From: Abditibacterium sp.
GTDB taxonomy: Bacteria; Armatimonadota; Abditibacteriia; Abditibacteriales; Abditibacteriaceae
NCBI GenBank assembly: GCA_965199495.1
Contig: CBDASK010000003.1
Coordinates: 864,001 to 928,000 of the forward strand
Length of the DNA: 64,000 nt
Direction of reading: 5' to 3'
Under the pieces are notes generated by a model. That model saw only the letters and a program-made list of their open reading frames with translations, was not told where the DNA came from and did not search any database. Position numbers and translations under genes: made by a program. Below, in pieces: positions 1 through 11,600 of the stretch. How positions within the stretch are numbered: position 1 is the first letter of the stretch; each line of letters starts with the position of its first letter.

Positions 1-2
1 AA

Positions 3-1049
3 GGTTCGGACTTGCATATCGCGGTTGGCAAGCCACCGTGTGTGCGCGTTCATGGCATCGTCGAAGAGATTTCGGCTTACGAAAAATTGCGCGCGCCCGT
101 TTTGCAACGCATGGTCTACGATGTCTTGTCGGACGAGCAAATTCAGCGTTTTGAAAACGATTTGGAACTCGACTTCGCTTATACCACCGCCGATGGAGCC
201 GCCCGTTTCCGCGTCAACATTTACAAGGACAAAGGTTATCTGGCGGCGGCGATGCGCATTATCCCGACCAAAATTCCCGATCCCGAAGATTTGAATTTGC
301 CTGCGGTCATCATGGAATTGGCGAACCGCCCGCGCGGACTGTTCTTGGTGACGGGGCCAACCGGTTCGGGCAAATCCACGACGCTGGCGGCGGTTATTAA
401 TCGTATCAACAAGACTCACAAAGGTCACATCATCACCATCGAAGACCCCATCGAGTTCATTCACCCGCATCACAAATGCGTGGTCAACCAACGCGAAGTG
501 GGAACCGATACGCGCTCGTTTAAGAACGCGTTGCGCGCCGCGATGCGCGAAGACCCGGATGTCATTCTGGTCGGCGAAATGCGTGACAACGAAACGATTC
601 ACCTGGCGATTACGGCGGCTGAAACCGGTCACCTTGTGTTGGGAACGCTGCACACCAACTCCGCCGCCGAATCGGTTGACCGCATGGTCGGCGTTTTTCC
701 GGCGGAACAGCAGGAACAGGTTCGCACCCAGTTGTCGAACTCCTTGGTCGCCATCGTGACTCAGCAGTTGCTGCCCAAAGTCGGCGGTGGCCGCGTCGGC
801 GCCATCGAAATCATGATCGCCAACTCGGCGATTCGCAACCTGATTCGCGAAGCCAAAGCGCACCAGATGGCCTCGATTATTCAGACGCAAAACGGCATCG
901 GCATGCAGACGATGGATCAGGCGCTGCGCGATTTGGTACTCAATAACCAGATCAGCTACGAAGATGCGATGTCTCGCTCGCATAACGCCGCCGAATTGGA
1001 GAACATGATCAATGGCGGCATGAACAACGCCCATGCGCCCGCGCGTTAA
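3..1049 (+). CDS. pilT: Type IV pilus retraction ATPase PilT (5' end lies outside the window)
   Basis: Walker A GPTGSGKST, TIEDPIE, REDPDVILVGEMRD, GHLVLGTLHT and the PilT-specific AIRNLIRE motif; the frame is open from position 3 (GSDLHI...). Confidence 0.95.
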   Translation, partial: GSDLHIAVGKPPCVRVHGIVEEISAYEKLRAPVLQRMVYDVLSDEQIQRFENDLELDFAYTTADGAARFRVNIYKDKGYLAAAMRIIPTKIPDPEDLNLPAVIMELANRPRGLFLVTGPTGSGKSTTLAAVINRINKTHKGHIITIEDPIEFIHPHHKCVVNQREVGTDTRSFKNALRAAMREDPDVILVGEMRDNETIHLAITAAETGHLVLGTLHTNSAAESVDRMVGVFPAEQQEQVRTQLSNSLVAIVTQQLLPKVGGGRVGAIEIMIANSAIRNLIREAKAHQMASIIQTQNGIGMQTMDQALRDLVLNNQISYEDAMSRSHNAAELENMINGGMNNAHAPAR

Positions 1050-1055
1050 ACCGGC

Positions 1056-1095
1056 CACGCGGATGAAAAGCGATTTTTCGCTTTTCATCCGCGTG
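1056..1095. terminator. Perfect 18-bp stem-loop after pilT (no U-tract; attenuating or mRNA-stabilising hairpin)
   Basis: CACGCGGATGAAAAGCGA-TTTT-TCGCTTTTCATCCGCGTG. Confidence 0.6.
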
Positions 1096-1205
1096 ACATC
1101 ATCGTTTATTTGTGAGATAATTTCACTCTGCGTTTGAGCGAACCAATAGGTTTGTTATACGTCTAAGGAACTGCGGCTTTCGCCGCACAAGGAGAAACTC
1201 AAGCC

Positions 1206-2423
1206 ATGCCGGTATTTGCTTACATTGCCAAAGACACTGGTGGAAAAATCCACCGTGGGCGCGTTGATGCCCCCAACGAGAAGATGCTGACCAAACGTCT
1301 TGCGGAACAGGGCTTTTTGGTGCAGACCGTCACCGCTGAGGGTCAGAAGAAGAAATTCAATCCGCTCAAGGCGATGCAAAAAGTCAAGCCGGTGCAGATT
1401 TCGATTTTCTGTCGCCAGTTCTCGACGATGATTAACGCGGGCGTTTCGCTGGTGCGTTGTTTATCCGTTTTGGAAAAGCAGTCCACCAACCCGAAGTTGA
1501 GGGAAATCATCCGCGACGTGCAAAACCGCGTCGAAGCGGGCGAAACCCTATCGCGGGCGATGGCGCATTATCCGGCGGTCTTTTCCAAGTTGACGCTCGG
1601 TTTGGTGCGCGCGGGCGAAGTCGGCGGTGTTTTGGACGAAACCCTCGAACGTTTGGCAGGGTTTATGGAAGCCGACATCCGTTTGCGCCAGAAGATTAAA
1701 GCGGCTTTGACTTATCCGGTTTTGGTGGCTGTCGTCGCGTTTTTGATCGTGACGTTTTTGGTGACCTTCATCGTGCCGAAGTTCATCGAAATCTTCAAAG
1801 ATTTCAAGGTTGAGATGCCCGCGATGACGCAGTTCCTCATCAACATCTCGAAATTTACGACCAGTCCCAACGGCATTTTCATTCTGGTTGGTGGCAGCGT
1901 CGGCTTTGTTATCGCGTTTAAGAAGTTCAAGAGTACCGTGTGGGGCAAGCGTATCTACGACAAATATAAGATGAAGTTGCCGGTATTTGGCAAGTTGTCG
2001 CACAATATCGCCGTCGAACGCTTCTGCCGCACCTTGTCCACGCTTTTGACGAGTGGCGTGCCGATTTTGCAGGCGATGGAAACCGTTTCGGGCGCCATTG
2101 ACAACGAGACCTTTACCGACGTTATCATGAACGCGCGCGCCCGTATTCGCGAGGGCGACCCGATTGGAGAGCCGTTGGAAAAATCCAATTTGTTCCCGCC
2201 GATGGTCGTGCAGATGATCGCGATTGGCGAAGAGACCGGTTCGCTCGACCAGATGTTGGGTAAAGTCGCTGACTTTTACGAAGTCGAAATCGAAACCCAA
2301 CTCGAACAGTTGGCGGCGGCCATCGAGCCTTTGATGATCGTTGGCTTGGGCTTGGTCGTGGGCTTTATCGTTATCGCGATGTTCATGCCGATGATCGCGA
2401 TTATGAGTAGCCTGTCGGAGTAA
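1206..2423 (+). CDS. pilC: Type IV pilus inner-membrane platform protein PilC (GspF family)
   Basis: FCRQFSTMINAGV, GEVGGVLDETLERLA, ALTYP and GEETGSLDQML motifs; AGGAG RBS. Confidence 0.95.
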   Translation: MPVFAYIAKDTGGKIHRGRVDAPNEKMLTKRLAEQGFLVQTVTAEGQKKKFNPLKAMQKVKPVQISIFCRQFSTMINAGVSLVRCLSVLEKQSTNPKLREIIRDVQNRVEAGETLSRAMAHYPAVFSKLTLGLVRAGEVGGVLDETLERLAGFMEADIRLRQKIKAALTYPVLVAVVAFLIVTFLVTFIVPKFIEIFKDFKVEMPAMTQFLINISKFTTSPNGIFILVGGSVGFVIAFKKFKSTVWGKRIYDKYKMKLPVFGKLSHNIAVERFCRTLSTLLTSGVPILQAMETVSGAIDNETFTDVIMNARARIREGDPIGEPLEKSNLFPPMVVQMIAIGEETGSLDQMLGKVADFYEVEIETQLEQLAAAIEPLMIVGLGLVVGFIVIAMFMPMIAIMSSLSE

Positions 2424-2439
2424 GGGAATTGGATAGCAC

Positions 2440-2476
2440 AAAAGGGCAGGAGCTTCGAGCTTCTGCCCTTTTCTTT
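2440..2476 (+). terminator. Rho-independent terminator after pilC
   Basis: AAAAGGGCAGGAGC-TTCGA-GCTTCTGCCCTTTTCTTT. Confidence 0.7.
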
Positions 2477-2517
2477 ATCTGGCAAACCAAACATCTTTCA
2501 AACTCTAAATCCCATCA

Positions 2518-3519
2518 ATGATTTTTCTGCTTCTGTTTGTTTTGGGCACGCTCGTCGGATCGTTTCTCAACGTGTGCATCTGGCGGCTACCGCGCGGCGA
2601 AAGCGTGGTCGCACCGCCTTCGCACTGCCCGACTTGCAACACGCGATTGACTTTGCTCGATTTGTTTCCCCTCGTTTCGCAGCTTTATCTGCGCGGCAAA
2701 TGCCGCTACTGCGGCGCGAAATTTAGCTGGCGTTATGCGGGCATCGAGTTTACGACCGGAGTTTTATTCGCCCTCGTCGCGATTCAGGCGGGCAACGTGA
2801 GCGATTTCACTTTCTTCGCGTCGTGGACGGGCGATACCGTCCATTTGCTGCGCGATTTAATTTTCATGTCCACGCTTACCGTCGTGTTCTGGGTGGATTA
2901 CGATACGCGCTTGATCCAACTCGAATCGGTGTTGTTGATGGGATTGGCGGGATTGAGCTACGAAGGTTATCGCGCGTGGCAAAGCGCCGATGCGACGACG
3001 ATTTTAACGGACGGTAAAATCATTGCGAGTTTACTTCCCGCTCCGGTTCCCGAATCTATCTTGGCGGCGGTTGTGACGGCGGGCGGACTATGGTTGCTGC
3101 GCGAGGCGTTCACCCGATTGTATGGGCGCGAGGCGATGGGACTGGGCGACGTTTTGTTGGTGGCGGCGATTGCGCCTTATTTGGGTTGGAGCGCGCTGAT
3201 CGTCACGTTTTTGTTTTTGGCTTCGGTGCTGGGCGCGCTGATTGGAACGGCGTTTCAAATTCCGCGCGCGCTGCGGGCTTATCGTTGGGCCAAAAATCGG
3301 CAGAGGCGTTATGGCGGCGATGATTGGTCAAAACCGTTGCTACGCCGGTCGTTGCGGGCGGCGATGCCGTTTGGGCCGATGCTCGCCATTGGCGCCGTGG
3401 CTGCATTGCTGTTTGGGCCGCAAATTAATCAGGCTTACTGGAATTTGGTGATGCCAGAACCAGCCACGCCGCTCACGCTAATGAGCCACTGCCGCGAGTT
3501 GGTCGCGGGTTTGCTTTGA
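2518..3519 (+). CDS. pilD: Prepilin peptidase/N-methyltransferase (A24)
   Basis: GSFLNVCIWRLPR, two CxxC motifs (SHCPTC, KCRYC), MGLGD and PFGPML; multiple TM segments. Confidence 0.93.
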   Translation: MIFLLLFVLGTLVGSFLNVCIWRLPRGESVVAPPSHCPTCNTRLTLLDLFPLVSQLYLRGKCRYCGAKFSWRYAGIEFTTGVLFALVAIQAGNVSDFTFFASWTGDTVHLLRDLIFMSTLTVVFWVDYDTRLIQLESVLLMGLAGLSYEGYRAWQSADATTILTDGKIIASLLPAPVPESILAAVVTAGGLWLLREAFTRLYGREAMGLGDVLLVAAIAPYLGWSALIVTFLFLASVLGALIGTAFQIPRALRAYRWAKNRQRRYGGDDWSKPLLRRSLRAAMPFGPMLAIGAVAALLFGPQINQAYWNLVMPEPATPLTLMSHCRELVAGLL

Positions 3520-3670
3520 TAACTACACGATTTGCCGCGCCCGCACAGTTGAAGCGCAAAGGAAACGAGGTAAACTATGCGGCGTCTGTAATAAGTATTA
3601 CGCCACGAATGGTTCACGCTTGATTTGTGGCAAAAGTCGGTTATTCACTCAATTGAAACGGAGCTTGTCC

Positions 3671-4546
3671 ATGAAAAAAACTGCAACACCGCGCCACGGC
3701 GCCTTCACTCTGGTCGAGATGTTGGTCGTCATCGCCATTATCGGCATTTTGGCGGCGATTCTCTTCCCGGCTCTTTCGCGCGCGCAAGAGAGCGCTCGCC
3801 AGACCAACTGCGCCTCCAATCTCAACCAGATTTACACCGCAGTCAGCCTGTATAAACAAGACACGCGCCACTATCCCGATTCGCTGGTTGACCTGTTGCC
3901 CGAAGGCGTCAAAATTGACGACGGCACCGCGATTCCCCCCGCCGCACCCGTCGAAGTGGAGATTGTCAAAGGCACGGGATACCTCAAGGGTGGCCTCGAC
4001 TCCTTGCGTTGTCCAGACGATGATCTGGATGTCACGCATTCGTCCTATGGAGCTTTAACCAAGAAAGTTGACACACCGGATGCCACGAAATTGACGGCGA
4101 TGCCGGGACGCTACGTTTTCAACTATTATGGTTACCGAAAAGACGGATTCGCGTTAGCCGGGCCAACAGAAGTCGCCGCCGAAGCGGGCACACAGACCGG
4201 GACTCCCGCCAGTTACGCGCTTTTGGTTAATCCAACGCAACCCTATAATGCGGCGTATCCCTTGCAAAATCCGGTGAAATATTCGCTTTCCAATCGTTTC
4301 GCGCCGTCTTCAACGATCATCACGCACTGCGTTTATCATCGGCCCAGCACAGCCAACGATTTGAAGTTGTCAACCGATTTGTATCAGACACCCACGCCGA
4401 TTGCGGGCGATGGCACTGGCGCGCGCGACATCATTTTGCGCGCGGATGGAACCGTCAAAGCGACGGATGTTTCGGCTCCGTTGTGGAATGTGGGAGATAC
4501 AACTATCACCCCGAACAAGCTGCCGTTGTGGCAACTTCAACAATAG
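3671..4546 (+). CDS. Prepilin-type N-terminal cleavage/methylation protein (DUF1559-like pilin)
   Basis: GA|FTLVEMLVVIAIIGILAAILFP..ARQTNCASNLNQI; C-terminal THCVYHR and ILRADGTVK; ATG 3671 after GGAG. Confidence 0.85.
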   Translation: MKKTATPRHGAFTLVEMLVVIAIIGILAAILFPALSRAQESARQTNCASNLNQIYTAVSLYKQDTRHYPDSLVDLLPEGVKIDDGTAIPPAAPVEVEIVKGTGYLKGGLDSLRCPDDDLDVTHSSYGALTKKVDTPDATKLTAMPGRYVFNYYGYRKDGFALAGPTEVAAEAGTQTGTPASYALLVNPTQPYNAAYPLQNPVKYSLSNRFAPSSTIITHCVYHRPSTANDLKLSTDLYQTPTPIAGDGTGARDIILRADGTVKATDVSAPLWNVGDTTITPNKLPLWQLQQ

Positions 4547-4591
4547 AGCCACCGCGTCTTCCAACCCTTTCATTTCCAACCTCCCACTCGC

Positions 4592-6448
4592 ATGAATTCA
4601 ATGCAATCCCGTTCTTCCCGTCAAGGCTTTAGCCTGATCGAAGTGGCCATCGCTATGGTGATTTTTCTCATCGGAGCGCTCGCCATTATCAAGATTTTTC
4701 CGGGCGCATTGAACGTCATCGGCAACAACGGCGATCAACAGATCGCCATGAACCTCAACCGCGATGTGGGAGCGCGGTTAAAAACCGATGGCTCTGTGCC
4801 TGACGCGACTTTTAATATCGCGGTTAACAACGACGGCACCTTGCACTGGACGACAGAGAATAACACAGACCACACGGCGGATTATACCGCTCCAGCAACT
4901 CCACCAACTCCAACCACTATCGGTAACGAAGGTGATATTCCGGCATCAGTTCTCGGAATTCCCCGCTTCAACTTTTCATTGCCGACAACCAACGATATTG
5001 AGACTCAATCCAGCAATTCCGCGCTTTCGCGTTTTCGCGGCATCCTTGGCGAAAAATCCAAAGTTTTCAAGATCGGCACTGACTCATACGCAGAAACAGA
5101 GTTTCCGATTTCCATTCAAGATGTCGGCGGAACTCCCACACCTCTGCCTCCGACGATTAGCCAAGAATATATCGTTCGTAACGCGCGCATAGACAAACAA
5201 GGCCGAGTGTCCTTCAAGGATGCGACAGCAGACATCGCGGGGCAGCAAGTTCGTCTGGATGATCCGGCGAATGCTCCCAGAGACGGTTTAAACGACAAGT
5301 CCATGCTTTATATTAGCTATCGCTACTTTGGCAATAGCGGCAAGATTTGGGGCGTGAGTGAGGAAGCCGTTCCAGTGGGAGCGATAACTTTGACGGATAC
5401 GGCAACAAACGTTTCTGTGAATCCGCCAACCACAACGCGCGGCGCCATCGTTGGTTACGATATAAACAGTCCAAATACGACGGGCACAGTAACGGAAGTT
5501 ATCAGTGTGCGCGTCAAAAGACTTGTTGGGCCGGGAGTATTTCCGGGCACTGATGACATATCAAGAGCCACCGCCGCGCGTTGCGGTTTGATTCTGTTGC
5601 CCTCGACTATCACTACGGATACCGTCTCCATTGACTACGCGGCGGATTGGTCGTGGCTGTTGCAGAGAGCCACGTTGTCACTCACGCCCGATGAGGCACG
5701 CCCAGTCATAACCGATTACTCTTATCGACAGCTCGCGCTCGGCGCGCCCTTTATTGAAGATCAAGTTCCTTACGGCGTTTATTCAATTTTGCAAGATCCA
5801 AACGATACGGCGAATCCGCTTTACGCATCGCAATTTGGAACAAGCAAAACCAATCCAGACCCGATGGCTAATAACAGCGGTTTGATGACTCCGATAGAAA
5901 GTGAACTGCGGTCGGGTAAGCTCACTTTCTCGGTGAAAAACCCACCTGTTCCTCCTATTGCGGACACGGAACCAAAAGCGCGCGTGGCTTATAAAACGCG
6001 CGATAGTTGGGCGCAACAACTCTCGGTGGCTGCTAATTCTTACAAGCCGTTTGTTGAAGCGACCACGACCTTCACCCCTGCTGAACCTTGGCGCGATTAT
6101 TATTTGGGCGACGACAATTACATCTACTTCTACGCGAGTGAAGCGGGCAAAACAGTGAATGTTTCTTATACATTAGCGACGCCAACGGGCGACAAACCCA
6201 TCGTGGAACGGCCATTTGTGATTGACCAGCAAATTATTGATACGCCCTCAGGCGTTTCCACCTCATTTACTGATTCAAAGAAAGTCTCACGCGCGCAGTT
6301 GACGAACTTTGCTGGTAGCTTTCTTACGACGGCTGAGTTGGTTTCGATTCAAGCCGTCCAAGGCAACAGCGTGACGATGCGCACGGCTTATATCAACGGC
6401 AATAAATATGCGCAGACTTTGCTGACCAGCAATCGAGGAACGAACTAA
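4592..6448 (+). CDS. Large minor pilin-like protein (PilV-like N-terminus)
   Basis: QG|FSLIEVAIAMVIFLIGALAII class III signal; 618 aa Thr/Pro-rich, likely extracellular body. Confidence 0.8.
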   Translation: MNSMQSRSSRQGFSLIEVAIAMVIFLIGALAIIKIFPGALNVIGNNGDQQIAMNLNRDVGARLKTDGSVPDATFNIAVNNDGTLHWTTENNTDHTADYTAPATPPTPTTIGNEGDIPASVLGIPRFNFSLPTTNDIETQSSNSALSRFRGILGEKSKVFKIGTDSYAETEFPISIQDVGGTPTPLPPTISQEYIVRNARIDKQGRVSFKDATADIAGQQVRLDDPANAPRDGLNDKSMLYISYRYFGNSGKIWGVSEEAVPVGAITLTDTATNVSVNPPTTTRGAIVGYDINSPNTTGTVTEVISVRVKRLVGPGVFPGTDDISRATAARCGLILLPSTITTDTVSIDYAADWSWLLQRATLSLTPDEARPVITDYSYRQLALGAPFIEDQVPYGVYSILQDPNDTANPLYASQFGTSKTNPDPMANNSGLMTPIESELRSGKLTFSVKNPPVPPIADTEPKARVAYKTRDSWAQQLSVAANSYKPFVEATTTFTPAEPWRDYYLGDDNYIYFYASEAGKTVNVSYTLATPTGDKPIVERPFVIDQQIIDTPSGVSTSFTDSKKVSRAQLTNFAGSFLTTAELVSIQAVQGNSVTMRTAYINGNKYAQTLLTSNRGTN

Positions 6449-7398
6449 TGAACCACCACAATTCACGCGCTCGCAAGGGCGGCTTTACACTCATCGAAAT
6501 CATCGTGGTGCTCATTATCGTCACAATAATTTCTTCGATTATTTTTTCGGCGTTCAAATCTATTCGCGAAGGTAATAAAAAGACTTCGTGTCAGGGCAAT
6601 ATGGCGCAGATTTATCAGGCGCTCCGGCTTTACGGACAAGATTATAACGGCGAATTCCCTTCGTATAATCCGGTCAAACCCGATGGGACGGGAATGGTAG
6701 AAGACCGCGCGCCTGCGGGTTTAGGTTTGTGGGCGCTCTATGCGTATCCGGCCTCGAAGGAATTGGATTGCGATGGTCGCACAACGCAGTTGCCGACGAC
6801 GGAACCTGCAGCGGATAGCGTCAACAAAACGCCGCCATTAGCTTCTTATGTGCGGTCGCCCAAGATATTCCATTGTCCCTTCGATGATTACGATCATCCA
6901 GCCACGCCGAGCGCGGGCTGTAACATGGATGCCACGGCAAAGCTTAATTCGAGTCAGATGACGTTCACCGACAAAGCGAATTTGGTGCGTTTCAATCCGT
7001 ATTACAATTCCTATCAGACCGCCGATGACGTGCCGACAGGTGCAAGCGCGCTTGACAGAGCAACTTACTCGTCTTTCCGCACAGCGGATTCCAGTCGCCA
7101 GTTGGTCTATTACAAACAGCAAGTCACTCCGTCGGGTATTAATCCGCAACGGCGCACGCCCGACACCACAATTTTGTTCTGGTGCCGCTTTCATCGCAGA
7201 CTTGACACAACTGGCTCCACGAAGGATCCGAATAATCTTTCTAACTCCGACAACGTGTTGTTTATGGATGGCACGGTGCAATATCTGCCGACTCGGCAAG
7301 ACATCGGCACCAGCACTGGCGCCAACGCCTGTCAGGCATGGACGAGAGCGCCGCTTGAAACCGTGGGAAGCATTCCGAGTTGTCCCAATGGAAGCTAA
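6448..7398 (+). CDS. Prepilin-type protein (DUF1559-like, H-X9-DG-type C-terminus)
   Basis: GG|FTLIEIIVVL, SCQGNMAQI, FHCPFD, FWCRFHR and NVLFMDGTV; start overlaps the upstream stop (TAATG). Confidence 0.85.
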   Translation: MNHHNSRARKGGFTLIEIIVVLIIVTIISSIIFSAFKSIREGNKKTSCQGNMAQIYQALRLYGQDYNGEFPSYNPVKPDGTGMVEDRAPAGLGLWALYAYPASKELDCDGRTTQLPTTEPAADSVNKTPPLASYVRSPKIFHCPFDDYDHPATPSAGCNMDATAKLNSSQMTFTDKANLVRFNPYYNSYQTADDVPTGASALDRATYSSFRTADSSRQLVYYKQQVTPSGINPQRRTPDTTILFWCRFHRRLDTTGSTKDPNNLSNSDNVLFMDGTVQYLPTRQDIGTSTGANACQAWTRAPLETVGSIPSCPNGS

Positions 7399-7436
7399 TT
7401 CGACATCCGATATTTTATTTACGACCCCGCAACATC

Positions 7437-8591
7437 ATGACTAACCGCCACATTTCGCACCGACGTTCTCGTCAATCTCATCGCGCCTTTACGATCATTG
7501 AGATGATGGTCGCGCTCGGCATCTTGGCGATTTTGTTGGTCATCATCGTTTTGCCATTGCGCCTGGGTTTCGACTCGTTCAACGCGGGCAACGCGCGCTC
7601 GCTCACGCAAAGTTCGCTCGACTCAACGATGACGCAATTCGAGATGGATTTCCGCAACGCGGTTTACATCATCCCCAACGCGCCTGTGGCTGGTGTTACC
7701 AACAAAGAACCCTACACAACGGCGAACAATCCCAGTGGATTTCCCTATTATCTTTCGACCGATAACACGGACATCAAGGAACCCGGTAAGGGTGCGGCGG
7801 GTGTGCCCAACGGTATCGCGTGTTCGACCAGCTCTGAGCATTGGGCGAATACTTCGACGATTAGCATGATTCAAGTGCGTCGTGATGATAGTGGCAACGT
7901 GCTAACGCCGTTGGCGCCTTCGTATAATATCGTCACGTACTACGCGCGCCGCGCGCAGTTAGATAAGGACTACGATCCGATTGATAATCCGGTTGTGATG
8001 TATCGCGCCGAGTATCCGGCATTTGCCCCCAAGGGCACGGATCCCGATTCTCCACCCGCCCCTCTTTTCGTTCAATCCCCAACTGGAGCCTATAACGCGA
8101 AGGTTGATTTTAAACGTATTACCAGTGGGGACTCCGCTTGCACGACGGATGCGGCGTTGGTCAACCGTTCGGCGCTGTGGCTGAGCCATAATTATCTTGG
8201 CGAGGCCGATCTGTTGCCGCTCACTCGAATCGGAAAAGCGGGGACACCCGTCGAATTTACTCCGGCGACTGGCTACAGCCTCAAAGATTCAACCTATTCG
8301 CATACTCTGGCGATTCCACGCGGATTGGCGCTGGCTGTATCGAACGGCTTTCGTGCCGTGCCCAATTACGTGCCGGTGGCTCCAGAAACAAGGGACGCCA
8401 AAGCATCGTTGGTGCCCGACACGACATTTATCTGTGCCGACTCCAATGGCGATGGAAAAATTGATCGGATCACGATTTCGCTGGCGCTGGCTTCGTTTAG
8501 TGTGGGTGCGCAGGGCGAATTGAAAAATAATCAGCCCGTCGGCACCGTGCTACGAGCCACGCGCACAGTCAACTTGCCCAACATCCAGTAA
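7437..8591 (+). CDS. Minor pilin-like protein (PilW-like)
   Basis: RA|FTIIEMMVALGILAILL signal; DSNGDGKID Ca-binding-like motif near the C-terminus. Confidence 0.8.
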   Translation: MTNRHISHRRSRQSHRAFTIIEMMVALGILAILLVIIVLPLRLGFDSFNAGNARSLTQSSLDSTMTQFEMDFRNAVYIIPNAPVAGVTNKEPYTTANNPSGFPYYLSTDNTDIKEPGKGAAGVPNGIACSTSSEHWANTSTISMIQVRRDDSGNVLTPLAPSYNIVTYYARRAQLDKDYDPIDNPVVMYRAEYPAFAPKGTDPDSPPAPLFVQSPTGAYNAKVDFKRITSGDSACTTDAALVNRSALWLSHNYLGEADLLPLTRIGKAGTPVEFTPATGYSLKDSTYSHTLAIPRGLALAVSNGFRAVPNYVPVAPETRDAKASLVPDTTFICADSNGDGKIDRITISLALASFSVGAQGELKNNQPVGTVLRATRTVNLPNIQ

Positions 8592-8693
8592 TTTGCGCGT
8601 GATGCCAGCCAAAAGCATCTCGTTTTAGTGCGTTCTTCCCTTGCAGTGAGGAACAAACGTTCCATCTCCTCAAGTCTGAGGAGGATTTCCATC

Positions 8694-11600
8694 ATGAAAA
8701 GCCGTTTTCTTCTGCCCTCCAATTTGCCCGAAACTCATCACGCTCCAGATGCGCGACCCAAGGCTTCGCTTGCGCGGCGTTTTGAGTTGCGATACAACGT
8801 CTCGCCTCGTTTCGCGCGTCGCCGTCAACAGCGGCGCCAAGGTCAGGCGCTGTTGCTGGCGGTTTTGATCATGTTGCTCGCCGCTTTGCTGAGCGCGGGC
8901 TTTTTGGCGGTCGTGTCGGGCAACTTGAACCAGACGGCGCGCATCGCCGACAAAACCAAAGCCATCGAAGCCTCGCGCGCCGGAATTGTCTTCGCCAATG
9001 AGCAACTGTCGGGCAGCGCACAGGGCGATTTGTGGCGCCCGATTGATGTCAGCCCGGCGCCCAATACGACCGATGCGTCTTACGACTTTTATTACTCGCA
9101 ACTCGACAAAGCCCAGGGCTGGGCGGCCAAACGCCAGCCGCTACCGGGCGACGGCTTTCCCAACACCGATTACAATGTCCCGACTTATGGCGAAGCCGCA
9201 GCGATTTATCATTCGGACACTTACGCCAAGTTTCCCGCGCCCGACCAGCCCAGCAGTGACGCGCCCAAGTTTTTAGTGCGCGTGCAGGAAATCCCAATTT
9301 TACTGCCCAACGATCCCAACTACAACGCGGAAGAAGCCAAGCACGCGGGCGAACTAAAAATCACCTCCATCGGTTTGTCCGACGATGATCCAAACGTTTT
9401 TCATACTTCGATTGCCTATAAAAATGGACGACGCAAATCGCCGTGGGCCAGCGCACTGCGCTCGATTTCCAACTGGAATTTTGGAGCTAACAACACCGCT
9501 GTTGGTGTGCCTTACGCGACTGTTCTCGAACCTGTTACGGTCAATATGCCCACGAATAACGTGGCCGTTCAAGTCAATACTACAAATACCCCTTTGTTTT
9601 CAAAAGACGACTTGCCTACTAACGTTGTTCTCGTCAACAAGGCCGCCTCTCCTCCCACGGTGCGCGGCGCGGTTATCACCGACATCGGGCCGCCAGCGAC
9701 AACTCCGCCCACAGGTTCAACCGCAGCCACATTCAAATTCGCCCAATTGGACGCGCCAATTGACAAGAACGAAGTCGTCCAAAAAGCGGCGGCGATTGGC
9801 ACAGGCTTGAACATTGATTTGCTTAATACGGGAACGCCAACTGCTGTGGCAGCAAATTTTCCGAATTATGATCAACCCAATGGCATTTTGGCAAACGGTA
9901 GTCTGTGGTTGCAAAATCAGGTTCAACTCTCAAATTTGAGTAAATTTGGCACAAAGCTATTTGTTTCCGGTTCTCTGGCCATTGATGATAGCGCGTCTAC
10001 AGTCAACAAAGTTGTTTTGCCGGGTGGCGATGTAGGGACATCTCCAGGTGGCAATACGATCGTGCCATCGAATGTGAATTATCCCGGTAATAACATCGTG
10101 TTGACGGCGGCAGCGACCTCGGATGGCGTAAAAACGACCGACTTCGTCAACGATGGCTGGAACAAAATCGGCGCGCAAACTTTGGGATTGGATTATTCCA
10201 CCACGCGCGATGTCGAACCGTTTACTCCCGCCAAAATTGATAGCGCCACTAACTTGGAGCGTTATCGTTCGCTCACGCGCAACCCGTCCGATGGCGTTTA
10301 TATAGACAATCGCGATGATATTGAAAAAGTCAGCGACAACGCCTCAGCAATGCCGCCGACGTTCAAGGCGATGACCCAAGCGCAATTGGTTGAAATGTTG
10401 ACCTCGCCTCCACCAATTCCGCCAGCAACAGTGCCGACGGATTACACGCGCACGGGCACAGCCACGACGATGGCTGGAGCTTCATTGGAACAGCGCCATT
10501 TGCGCGGTTGGGTTGGCCCCGACGAATTCATGGCGCGCGGCGCCCTCGTCGAACTGATTCAGGCGCCGAACGCCAATCCCTACTTGCGCCTGACTTACGA
10601 TTCGCGCAGCGATGCGAGTTTTAATGGCTCCGATGCAACGAAGACTTTTCGTGACGCGAGCGGCAACCTTTTGCCCGGTGTCTACACGGAAAATCTGCCG
10701 TGGCCCAAAAACGGCATTCTCTTCGCCGAAGGCAATCTGCGTATTCGCGGGCAAGTCAACCTTTCTAATCTGACGATGGGCACAGACCCTAACGAGTTCC
10801 CTTCGCTAACTGTAGTTTCGCTGGGTAACATTTATATCGAAGGCCCGCTTTCAGTGGACAGAACCGATACGATGGGCAACGTTATTCCCGTGGCAAATCG
10901 CAAAAAGTTGATGTTACTGGCCAAAAAGAACGTCATCGTTAATCCCACGCGGGCCATTATGTCGCGTCTGGACACCCAGACCTTAACCAGCGGCACCGCG
11001 ACAGTCACGCCCGGAACGCTGCCAGCTCTCAATACGATCCAGATTCCCGTAAATAACGTTACCGGTTTTGAGCAAGGCGATTATATCGTCGCTGCGGGAA
11101 CTCCCAATCAAATCCGTGGCGTTGTGACAGCGGTTACCCCCATTACCAACAGCCCTGCGGGCACCATTGATGTGCAAACGCAGGATACAGGCGCAATTGG
11201 TGTGAACGCTCTGGTGCTTTCGCCGCTGGAAACCAGAGCGAGCGTTGGGACAGCTCCTAACTCCACGTTTTTCTCGCAAGTCACAGCGGTCAACGCGGTC
11301 AATCGCCGCATTCCTCTGGCTCCTGCGGCCTCCCCGAAATATCGCCTGGCGATGGATCACAGTGGCCAAAGGGTAACGGCTTTGCAAGTCAAAATAAAAG
11401 ATTTGCCATCGGACGCCGACACCTTCAATATTTTTCTTTCCAACAAGCGAAACCTGGATACCAACGGATTGTTTCAGGCGAATTTGGCAACCATAGATAC
11501 TGCAAACAAAAAGGTTCGCGTTGACTATGACGGGCCATCTCCTGCGGGCGTGGATGAATTTCCTCAAACGTACCCTACGACGCAGTCTGCAGCCGACGGC

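Noticed and set aside
3674..3680. Poly-A tract at the pilin start as a phase-variation site
   Set aside because: A short run explained by ATG-AAA-AAA-ACT (Met-Lys-Lys-Thr); the frame is intact.
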